A stretch of DNA of 21,995 nucleotides from Salpingoeca rosetta (Eukaryota > Protista > Choanoflagellata), in NCBI GenBank assembly GCA_033442325.1, contig JAWQFM010000030.1, forward strand, positions 559,293-581,287, written 5' to 3'. Under the pieces are notes generated by a model, which searched no databases, was not told the origin of the DNA, and saw only the letters and a list, made by a program, of their open reading frames with translations. Position 1 is the first letter of the stretch; each line of letters opens with the position of its first letter. The position numbers and the translations under genes were made by a program. Shown here in pieces: positions 1 through 18,781 of this stretch.

Positions 1-41
<41 letters not shown>

Positions 42-101
42 GCACACACACACACACACACAATGCACACACACACACAACACACACAAATAGACACACA
101 C
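1..101. repeat. (CA)n microsatellite, interrupted; likely intron of gene A
   Basis: Direct inspection; includes a duplicated aatgcacacacac unit. Confidence 0.9.
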
Positions 102-108
102 AACCTCC

Positions 109-1681
109 TCACAGTTGCAGTTGTTGCGCTTGCTCTGGCATGAAGCCGCCAATCCCAAACGCCGCTGCTAACAAGTCATCCTCCTCCTCCTCATCATCAT
201 CATCATCATGCCCGTTCGCCACTTCACCCTCGCACCCTGCCTCGCTCGTTGCTTGCACACCATATTGACCATGTACGATGTGTGCACCATACACGCCAAA
301 GCCACTGCCACCACCACCGCGCTGCGTGTCCGTGTGCGCTGCTGTACGCTGTGCGTGTGCGTGCGTGTGGAGCATCTTGAATGGCAGCTCTGCGTCGTTC
401 CCACTGTCCTCCATCGATGCGTCCGTGGAGCTCCCTGTTGCAGTCCGGTGCCAACCTCGACCCCACGCGTCCTCATCCCGCTCATCGTCGCTCCTTGTAC
501 TCCCACGTGTGTGCACGCGATTGAATGCGTGATTCCGTTTCGCTGTTGCGTCAGCTGGTTCCCTAGCCCGCTCACCAACCCCACTGCTGGTGGATATACT
601 TGCTGTGGTCGCTGTCATCGTGTCGCCCTCACAACTGCTATTTGCAGGGGCATCGGACAGTGTGCAACCTTGTCTGCCAGACGGAAGCGAGAAAGAGACA
701 TGGCGCTCCGGCAAGTGCTCTGCGTTCACACCGGCGTTCAGCGTCATGCATGCCTGCAGGCCATCCACCTGAAAGTCTGGAAAATGTGGAGGTACACGTG
801 CAATTGTGTGAATGTGTGTACGTACGTTGCAAGATCGTTTACGAATGGCAAGGGTGTGCAGAGGCAGAGGTTAAACCACACACTGTCGCACTACCACAAG
901 CGTCACAGTGCTAGAAAGCACGCACCTGCTGTGCCGCAGCCCTGCGTGAGCTGCACCCCCTGCAGTGTCGGGTCGATGCGATGCAGAGGTGTGCGCTGGA
1001 AGAAGCGAAGCAAGTCTGACAGGGACTCAAACGCAAGGTCACTTGCAACGACAAACAACGTCACGGTCTTGCGCACACACTGTTGTGTGTGCGTGTGTAG
1101 GTATGTGGTGGTGTGTACGCATGTGTGAATGTGCGTATGCGTGTACGTGCACGTGTATGTGCAAGTGTGCGTTCAGGCGTGTGAGTGTGTTTATGTTAGC
1201 GTAGGTTCTTGTCAGTTAATTGTTCAGAGCGCAGTGTGACATGCACAAGAGCAGGAGAGAGTACACATGTGCTTGCATCCCCACCCCACCGCATCCCCAA
1301 TGAGATAATCGTCAACACTGCCTTCGCCAGCCTCATGGCAGTACATGTACCTTAAGGCGCATGGTGTGAATGCGGATGTGCGCGGTGGACTGGTCCAGGG
1401 CAACACAGAGCACAAACGCGCCGGGAACACGCTCATCGTTCCTCACGAGAAAGTGGCCTGGCGGCGTGTGTCGAAGGATGGCACTGGCCTCCATCTTGCT
1501 GACGGACGGCGCATACCACACACCAAGCGGGCTGTATTTACGCCGGCGCGGCAGCGGGGGAGGGCGTTTTTGTCGACGAACCAAAGGCGGCGCGGGAAGC
1601 GTGTCAAGGTCCTTTGTGCTCGTGTCCATGTAATGGTTCTGCGATGCGACCGTGACGGGATGCAAGGATTGCGCATGGAAA

Positions 1682-1765
<84 letters not shown>

Positions 1766-2464
1766 GTTTGTGTGGTGAAGAGGTGGGGGTGAGCGTTGGT
1801 GGCGTTGGTGGCGTTGGGAACAATGATGGCTGTGCACGCTACTCTCAGACTCAAGTGATACCAGAGCTCGCATTCACGGCACACACGCCCACTAACAAGC
1901 AAAAGTTGCATGCACGGAGGCTCGCTAAACACGTGGTGGGCACACAAACCGTTGGGTATGAGATGGCCTGTGGTGGCTGTCGTGCGCGCCGACCATCTCG
2001 CAAGGCGGCGTTGGAAGTCGGCAAGTGCACAGGAAAGGCGACGGCGGGCTGCCGTCGCCATTGAGGTGTTGAGGGCACCAAGGAACGCATCCCCAGACAG
2101 AGAGGTAGGTGGTGTGAATTCATTGTTATGCCAAGGACGAAGCAGCCCACTCGGCACTGCATGTGTCCACCCTAATCATAGAACAGAAACACACACACAC
2201 ACACACAAACAAACAGACAAACAGACAAACAGACAAACAAACACACACAACACACACAACACAAACACGCGTTGGTACGCACCATGTGCTGGCCTGCATC
2301 GTGCGGATCTTGGTCGTTGGCCAAACATGTGGTGCAATAGAACTCCTTACAGTAGCCGCAGAACACGCTGCAAAACCCACAGTGCCGTGTCAGCGTATCA
2401 GATACCTCACAGGCCAACACTGAGGAACGCACGAGCACACAAAACAAACACGCGCACCCACTTA

Positions 2465-2509
<45 letters not shown>

Positions 2510-2599
2510 CCACACACACCTCCACACACACACACACCTCCACACACACCTCCACACACACCTCCACACACACACACACCTCCACACACACACACACCT

Positions 2600-2655
<56 letters not shown>

Positions 2656-2729
2656 GCACGCACGCACGAGCACACAACCTACCTGTCAGGGGAAAGTTGG
2701 TCGCATGCAACGCACACCGCACGGGGCAT
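109..2729 (-). CDS. B-box zinc finger and SH2 domain protein (6 predicted exons; may continue beyond the left edge)
   Basis: Predicted exons (minus): 2729-2683, 2367-2279 (or 2283), 2171-1897, 1638-1351, 1079-926, 776-109 (or 113). The spliced N-terminus MPRAVCVACDQLSPDSVFCGYCKEFYCTTCLANDQDPHDAGQH fits a B-box Cys/His pattern. The SH2 spans two exons: WYAPSVSKMEASAILRHTPPGHFLVRNDERVPGAFVLCV..HIRIH..|..FESLSDLLRFFQRTPL. The exon 2/3 junction is uncertain. A GTGAGG donor at 112 followed by TG repeats suggests further exons off-window. Confidence 0.8.
950..1518 (-). other. SH2 domain (split by intron 1080-1350)
   Basis: WY at the start, alphaA SKMEASAIL, betaB GHFLVRND (FLVR arginine intact), betaC AFVLCV, betaD HIRIH, alphaB FESLSDLLRFF. 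The exons join in phase 0 through GT..CAG. Confidence 0.88.
1683..1760. repeat. (TG)n microsatellite in gene A intron
   Basis: Pure TG run. Confidence 0.95.
2286..2714 (-). other. B-box type 1-like zinc finger (split by intron 2368-2682)
   Basis: C-x2-C-x9-C-x2-C-x4-C-x2-C-x7-H-x4-H after joining AG|gtaggt to ctgac...ttttgcag|C in phase 2. Confidence 0.72.
2468..2668. repeat. Compound (CA)n array with periodic CCTC interruptions, ending in (CGCA)n
   Basis: cacacacacctc-type units repeated across ~2505-2600 inside CA runs. Confidence 0.9.
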
Positions 2730-2949
2730 TGTTGTCGTGCGGTTTGCAACGGGCTGCTCGCTCGCGTGCTAGAACTCAGGCCTGGTGCTGGCCGTGTGAT
2801 GTGAGGCCTGACAGAGATGACTTGTGTTGCGCTTGGTCGCTTCCTTCCTTGTCGTTGAGTATGAATGCCAAACAAATTCATTGTCTTCCTTATCGTTGGT
2901 TCATGATTGATCCTCCTGCTCCGAACGCATCAAACGTGGGATTTACATC
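2730..2949. promoter_or_regulatory. Probable short bidirectional promoter/5'UTR region between genes A and B
   Basis: Repeat-free stretch between the gene A ATG (2729, minus) and a candidate gene B ATG (2950, plus). Inferred from gene orientation only. Confidence 0.35.
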
Positions 2950-3519
2950 ATGGTGGGTAGTATTTTTTGTGGATCTTTCGCACAGTTTTGAAACAAAGAA
3001 CTGAAGAGACGCCCCACCCTTTGTTTCTCTTCCAAGAACTCGCGACGGCTTTCAACCAATCTTGCAACCAACCTCTTTGTACGAGTCACGTTTGTTGTTG
3101 TGTTGTGTGTTGTTTCCCAATGCCACCAAGCAAGACTGCGGGACTGGAATGGCAAGTGATCTATGTGTGCACTTGTTCTGCATGCGTGCGTTGTGGAGTT
3201 GCTGAAACCATTCCAAAGCTCTTGTAACCACGCTTGTTTGTTGCTGTGATGCCCATCTCAGTTCCCGCAGTGTCACCCTTTGTTCGTCCGCGCTGACGTG
3301 CGGTGTTCCCTCGCTTGTACCGCTGCCCTTTGATCGTAGACATCTTCGTGGCAGAGCTTTTTCTCATTTCGTCTGCACCACTCTTCCTTCCACTTCGTTG
3401 CTCTTTGTCTCCCCCCTCTCTCTCGTGTGAGGCTGGACAGCGTGCATCAGCACTTGCAGAGGTGACATTTGCACGTCTGTCCATGTACCTGTCAACACAC
3501 ACATACACACACACACGCG

Positions 3520-3565
<46 letters not shown>

Positions 3566-3625
3566 TATACGCACGCGCGCATATACGCACGCACGCACAG
3601 CTCCTAGCAAAGCCGGAGACCAATC

Positions 3626-5808
3626 ATGAGCGAGAGAACCGCTCAAGCCCCGGCTCTCATCAGCAGCTTGCGTGCCGCGGACCGTGTCATGGACATGGCA
3701 GTGTGTGAGAAGACATCCACAGCATTCTGCGTGTGCGTTGGTGGTCGTGTCGAAGCATGGTCGCTTCGAAAGGGCAATCTGCTCGCTTCGTGGGAGCCAG
3801 AACCGCATCATCAACAACAACAGCAGCCGCACGATCACAACACCAGCGCAGCAACAGAGAAAAGCATGCGCGCATGCAACACAGACACGCTTCAACTGAC
3901 GAACCGAGATGCGCTTGCACCTGTACGAGATGGAGACAAGGCAAGCTCATCCACCTCAGCTGCGACAAGAACAACACCCACACACAAGAGCATGGACGCG
4001 TCACTCGATGATGAGGATGAGGACGAGGATGATGATGGTCAATGCGATGACACAGTTGTGCCTGAATGTGTGGAGGAAGAGCGTGAAGACGCAGAAGACG
4101 AGGGTGTGTCCTTCTCGGCGTGTGCGTGCTCTGAGAACGGAGACATGCTGGTGGCTGTCACACAAAGCGGCAAGGTGTATTCGTGGCGGTTTGTGGACTC
4201 TGTGCTGCAGCGCCGGCCCTTTGACACTGCTGCTGACCAACATGACTGCATGCCACGCAACACCACGGTCCTCGCCACCACGCCAAGTCTGGCCTACGCC
4301 GTGAGCGGCGGCACCAGCGGCGCTGTGCATTTCTGGGAGCTGACTTCCCGCTTGGCCAAGCGTGTGCCTGACTCGCCGCACGTGGGCACCGTCGTTGGCG
4401 CTGCGTTCAACCAATCAGGCACCCTGGCTGCCACTCTGTGCACGCGAGGATTGCTCGTGCTCTGGCGCAAAGCCGGGGCGCACCCAGTCTCTGCCTCCTC
4501 TGCCGCGTCCAGTCACGGCGCTCCTGGCCTTGGCGAGCTGCAACACCAACGGAAGGAGAAGACAGGCGAGCACGCGCACCAATCAACAATGGCATGTGTC
4601 GGCCTTCCCAATGCAAGCTTCACGGCCTATGCCACCATCCCCATTGCTGCTGTTGCTGCCCCTGACGCAAAGCACGAGGATGAGGACGACGACACCGACA
4701 GTGACAACGACCACGACCACAACATGGACCGGTGCATTTGCATGGCCATGAGCTTGTGCGGCAAACGCATTGCTGTCGGCACACGTTGTGGCCGCGTACA
4801 TGTGGTGCAGACCACGCTTGCACGCGTGGCGCTCACGCACACGGTGAGCGACAGCCCCGTGCACTGCATCAGCATGAATGGGGATGGCTCCCTCATCCTC
4901 ACCGGCACCGGCCAGTCGCAGCTGCAACCGCAACGACACCCCAGATCCATGCATGCACGCAAGACACGCCCGCACGGCGACATGAGCGTGTGGGCAGTGT
5001 CATCCACGGTGCAGGACGACACAATGCAAGCGGTGCTGGTGACGCGACGACGCCTTGAGGATGCGCCCACCTACTGCTACCTGCAGCGGCCTGGCATGCT
5101 CGGGGTGTGCCTGACAAGCAGCCGCCATGTGCAGACGTTTGTGCTGCCCATGACCAAGCAGTGGGGCCCGCGGTTCTGGGTGTCGGACGTCGAACACCCG
5201 TTGTGGTATGCGTTCTGCGGCGACTACGGGCTGTGCACGACGCCAGAGGGCTTGCACAGCTTCAAGCCCCTCACGTGCCAGCACACATTTGTCACATTTG
5301 AGCGCCTCAATGGCATGCTACCTGACGACTGCTACACTGCGCGCATGGCGCAGGAGCCACCGGTGTGTGCGCTGAGCACGTTGCACAAGCGTGCAGCCGT
5401 TGCTGTGGGCACAGCTGTCTATGTTGCACAGGGCGATGCTGTGCTTGGCAGCATCGACGTGTGCAGGTGGGAGCGGGTGCCGTTGCCGGGGTGCGTGCGG
5501 CAGCTGGCCTTTGTTGGTGCTGATGGCATTCTCGTCATCCTGTGCACAAGCGGCGTGCTCCTGCACGCGACCATCACCACTTTCGACGGCCGTGCAGCAG
5601 CAGCGACGAAGATGGCAGCACAAGCCATGACTTTGGTGGCAGCCACAACAGCGGCAACAAGCGCAAAGGCCTCCAAACAACCAGCCCACAACCAAGCAGC
5701 AGCAGCAGCAGCAGTCACAGCAAACGCTGCAACAATTAGTGGTGCTTCCGTCACCGGTACCACCGCCAGCACCAGCACCAGCACCAGCACCAGCACCAGC
5801 ACCAGCAC

Positions 5809-5849
<41 letters not shown>

Positions 5850-6637
5850 ACAGCAACATGCACATTTCCGTATCGCGCGTGCACTGTGTGCAAGGTGTTG
5901 CAGTGCAAGCTATCCGAGCAGGTGCTTACATGTATGCGGCGCAGGCTGATGACGCAACCGCCCTCATCCTGCCCTCTGGTGCCATGGCGTGCCAACCCGT
6001 GCCCGGTGTCCTTCTCGACATGTCTGACGCGTATTTGTGCCTGCTGCGCTTCCCTATGGATAACGACGGCACAACGCAGCGCGTGCGCCTCGTGCTGCTC
6101 AACCTGAAGCGTGGCACGGGCAAGTCGATCCCCCTTCGCATCTGCCCCATCGCAGGCTCGCTGTGCGGTGACATGCTGGCGGTGCTATCCCCAACCGGCT
6201 CTGTGGCCTTTTTCGACTGCCAGGCGTTTGGCATGGTGAAGAAGCTTGAGACGGGGTGCCCTGCGCTTGCCGTGAGCCTGCAGTCGGGCACGGTGCGTGC
6301 GAGTGGCAGTGGTGGTGGCGCTATCACTCCTGGTCAGCCCTTGGGCGGTGGCGTGTACTCGTGCTATGTGATTGCCCCCGAGGGCGTGCTTGTGCTGCGG
6401 ACAACGCTTCGTCGCTCCAAACGCCGCCGTTCCATGACCGCGACAGCAGCTGCATCGACTACGACAGCAACTGTTACTGGTGCAGTCGCCACGACTGCAA
6501 CTCCTGCGGCAGGTGTTGTTGTACGGGCTGCGGCGTGTGACGGCAGTCCGTTTGATGCACACGGCCAGTCGTCAGGGGTGACGACACAGGCAACACGTCA
6601 GGCACCACTGTCCACAGCAGTGCAACAACAGCAACAA

Positions 6638-6675
<38 letters not shown>

Positions 6676-8206
6676 CCGAGGGCGAGTGCGCGTAGATGGG
6701 GATGAGCAAGAAGACGAGGGTGTTGCCGAAGGAGACATGGCAGAGGCATCAGCACTCGTGACGGAGACAGCTGCAACCACCTCCCCAACAACTATGCCAA
6801 CCACAGCAATGACAGCAACGCCAACGACAACAACGGCAGCAGCAGCAACGGTGGGTGGTATGCTGCGCACAACGTTGTCATCATCGTCATCCTCATCGCT
6901 GTCTTCTGCCATGGCCAGCACCGGCAGCACGGCAAACAGCGCCGCCGTGCTAGGTACTGGCGCCATCAATGCAGCCACCTCCACCACTTCGACCACATCG
7001 ATCACCCCTGCGCCCTTCACGACCGTTACCACCTGTGCTGCTGTGACGTCAGCACATGCAGCGCTCATGGCTGGCCAGCAGCTGGGCTTCCCCGTGACTG
7101 TGGCGCCCACGCCAATGCCTGTGGGCGCGCACCCAGCCTTATCTCCAGGCTACGGCGTGGTTGGCGGTGGTGCTGGTGTTGGCATGCGCGGCCCAATGAT
7201 GCTGAATCCCCAACATGGCCTTGTCATGCCGGCAGGGACAGCAGCAGGGCCAGGGCTTCCACCACCACCACCCATGGTGTCCCACCCGCTGTTTACTTCA
7301 GGATCGACAGTGGCACCGAGCGACGTGGATGCCGACACAACGGAGGCAGCGATGGCCATGATGGCTATGGCTTCCCAGTTCCAGCACCCTCGCCACCAGC
7401 AACAACAACAGCAGCTGCTGCTGCAACAACAACAACAACAGCTGCAGCAACATGTTTATGGTGGGCTTGGTGGGGCGGTTGTGTTTGCAGCGTCACCGGC
7501 TGCCCAGATGCAAGCGATTCAGCAGTTTGGGTTTGTACCGCAGCAGTTTGCAGCAGCGCCTGCACCACCGAGCGGTCTTGGTGTGGGCCCCTTGCCACGT
7601 CCCCAGCCAACAAAACCTGGGTCGGCACACGTTCAGCACGCAGGATCCACGTTTGCAACCGCCAACAACACCAGCGCGGATGTTCATGTTGCATGTGGTC
7701 GTAGCGTTGGCAAGCACCACGACAGCAGTGATTGTGTTGAAAACGTTGCCATCCTGCCAACAACACGGCCTGGCCAAGCCAGCTTCCCGCTCCCCAAGAA
7801 GCCGCACCTGTCGTCCTCGCTCACAGGGCGGTTGGCGGATGATAACGACGATGGCAGTGGCGGTGCTGCACAGGTGAATTACTCGCTCGCAGAGTGGAAA
7901 CACAGCGTCTACTTGAACAATCTGCAAAGCCAAGGTGGACACGGTGCTGGTCGGCTTCCGCCCAACAGCAGCAACAACAACAAGAACAACAAGAACAACA
8001 AGCGCGACGGCCACACAGTATCCCAAGCCCAGCACTCCTGTGATGACGGTGGTTGTCGCGATGGTGGTGGTTGCAATGCTGGTGGTTCTGGTGGTTTGCA
8101 GCAACGATGCCACCGCATCACATCACCATCATCATCATCGTCACCAGCACCACCGCAAGAGCACCGGCAACTCATTCACAGCGTGCAGAAGTTGCATGTG
8201 ACGTGA
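3626..8206 (+). CDS. WD40/beta-propeller repeat protein with long low-complexity C-terminus (1526 aa ORF; small upstream exons possible)
   Basis: 4581-nt ORF with no dinucleotide intron repeats. WD40-like blades include FSACACSENGDMLVAVTQSGKVYSWRF, ATTPSLAYAVSGGTSGAVHFWEL, HVGTVVGAAFNQSGTLAATLCTRGLLVLWRK, MAMSLCGKRIAVGTRCGRVHVVQT and VHCISMNGDGSLILTGTG..GDMSVWAV. Possible phase-0 upstream exons: 2950-2952, 3037-3078, 3432/3441-3461, with an acceptor at 3607. Confidence 0.85.
5768..5857 (+). repeat. Coding (AGCACC)n then (AGC)n repeat giving STSTST..SSSS
   Basis: Direct inspection within gene B. Confidence 0.9.
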
Positions 8207-8510
8207 CGTGCTTCCAGATGTGTGTGTGGGGGGGGGCGGAAGTGTGTGGTTTGTGGAGTGTGTGGAGTGTGGATGGGAAGGTTGTTGTACCGATGTGGTG
8301 CATTTTGTGTGATGTGGCGTGTGCGCTTTCGTAGTGTGGAGTTGGTGTTTGCTTCCTTTCCATCATGCTGTTGATTCCTGCAAACAAAGCACTTTGGGTC
8401 TTCTGACACACAACAGACACAGACAAACATAGTTGCTGCTTTCATTGACTCTATCTTACGTCCTTTCTCTAGCTCACCATTTGCTTTCGTTCTAATTCTG
8501 TTTCACGTGA

Positions 8511-8675
<165 letters not shown>

Positions 8676-8977
8676 TGAAGTGGCGAGGAGTCACTGTGTG
8701 GTAATCATCGATTGTTTACACGCCAGAGGGCTGCATACACACGGACACACGAATGTACAGCAAAGGGAAGAGAAGGGAAGGGAAGCAAGAAAAATGCGTG
8801 GAGAGCAAGCCGGGGCACACGTAAACACAGGCTGTCAACATGGCAGTGAACCGAACGTAGGGAGACAAAGGGTAAAGGAGGGGAAGACAAAGGACACACT
8901 TGCGAGATTGTCATTGAGACAAACAAAACAAATTGGTGCATGCGCACACGATCACATTCACGTGCGCGTCTGTGGTT

Positions 8978-13672
<4,695 letters not shown>

Positions 13673-14469
13673 CCTGTCTGACGTGGGAGGAGGATGTGTG
13701 CCCAACAACACCACAACAAGCAAAGCAAAGCAAGCAGAGCAAACAAGCAGCAGACGTTGATGTGCTGCGGAACACCATAAAACAGCGCCAACGCGGTTAA
13801 TGACAATTATGTGAAGATATGGCTAAGTTTCGTAAAATGGCGTGTAGGACTGCCAGCGTTTCAAGAAGTCCAAGCGAGACAACACAGCAGCACCACCCCT
13901 CCTCTAGCCCTCTCCCTCTCTCTGTCCATATCAGCGAACCTACCACCTCTTGCCACTTCAGCACCCTCTTGTGTCCCAGCACACCACGCGGCGGCGGCCT
14001 TCCGTGTGGCCATTTGCTTTTTCTACCAACTCCCACACCACTACATTCGCCGAACGCGGTGAGGGCGGGGAGATTGAAGGAACGCGATCGCTCTCATCAT
14101 AGACATCATTTGCGATCATGCTGGCATCACAGCCTGCAGGCGTTTACATCATAGCTGAGGATCATGACGTGTGTGCTTGTGCGTGAGTGAGTGAGTGTGT
14201 GCGTGTGTGTGCTTGAAAACAAAGGCAGTGGAGCAACAGCTGATCTGCCACTGTCGCCTTGTTGTTGTTGTTGTTGTTGTTGTTGTCACAGGGCACTGGG
14301 GTGTCTCACCGCAGCATCTCCACCATTTTCCTCTCGTCCTCTTCACCCTCACACACGCACACGCGCGCGCGCGCTGCTGCCCCGCCCTTTGCAGACGTGT
14401 GGAACGATCCATTTGTGGTAATTTCACGCGAACAAGGCACGACAACAACTCTAAGAGGAACTCTTCGTC

Positions 14470-17993
<3,524 letters not shown>

Positions 17994-18781
17994 TGCGCGG
18001 GAGGGGGAATGAAGAAAAGACATACAGTTTGCCTCTGCTGTGTGCTGCGAGCCGTCTTTTTGTTCGTTCAGTTACATTACACATGAAGACTTGCTTGGCT
18101 TGTGAGTTTGCCTTCCGTTTCTTTCTTTGTTTCTTTTTCGTTAGCCTTGCCTGCACGCGTTCAGTGCTTGCAGGCTCACTCAGGTTCTTCCTTCGTTTGG
18201 TGTCCGTGTGGTGCAGGCTTGTGGTGGGCGTGGGCTTGTGTATGCTTGCGCGAAGGCTTGTGTGGGCTGGAAGAAGGGAAGAACCAAGCCCCCCCCCCCC
18301 TCTCAACCTCAAACTCGCCCAGAAAAAAGACCTTCAATCCGTTTCAATCCTCTACCAGTTGCACAATTTGTGCTGTTCAGATCGGCGCTTGATGAGTCAT
18401 CATTGACACCGCATCCACGACAAGCGACAAGACAATCCCTTTCTTCCCACACATGGTGGTCGCACACAGAGTCACAGTCAGAGCCGCCGACGCCCTTCTC
18501 CTCTTTCTCTCCTTGTTTCGTGTGTGAAGGAGACGCATCACACGTAAAGCCCAGCCTGTTGTTGAGGTCACCAAAGAGTTACCGACACGAGCAACTTTTG
18601 TTCTTCTCTTGCTCTGTGCATCGTCGTCCTTCGCGTCGCCCTTGCTCGCTTTCCGTGTCCTTTTGTCTTGTGTTGTTTTGTTTTGGTGTGTCATCCGTCC
18701 ACCTCCACCTTTCCTCCCTGTCGTCCATTTTCTTTTGCTTGCGATTTCGCCCGACTCGTGCAGCTTGTGACCAGCACGCCC

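Noticed and set aside
208-1128. 306-aa plus-strand ORF
   Set aside because: Antisense to gene A exons, with no recognisable domain.
1850-1950. Second B-box suggested by CAHH..C..VCRECELWYH
   Set aside because: The CRECELWYH part falls after a good GTTAGT donor at 1896 and is probably intronic; the spacing also fits poorly.
2505-2600. Periodic repeat resembling a CRISPR or telomeric array
   Set aside because: No unique spacers; it is a slipped compound CA microsatellite inside an intron.
1910-3004. 364-aa plus-strand His/Thr-rich ORF, and similar HT or VC repeat ORFs throughout the window
   Set aside because: Stop-free translation of CA/TG microsatellites, not metal-binding proteins.
3161-3488. 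Possible minus-strand exon after TG repeats (ttgacag|gtacatggac)
   Set aside because: No upstream minus-strand gene fits, as it would overlap gene B; the translation has no domain and is better explained as gene B intron.
17994-18781. ORFs between the sulfotransferase and the kinase
   Set aside because: T-rich UTR/intergenic composition with no motifs or consistent exon structure.
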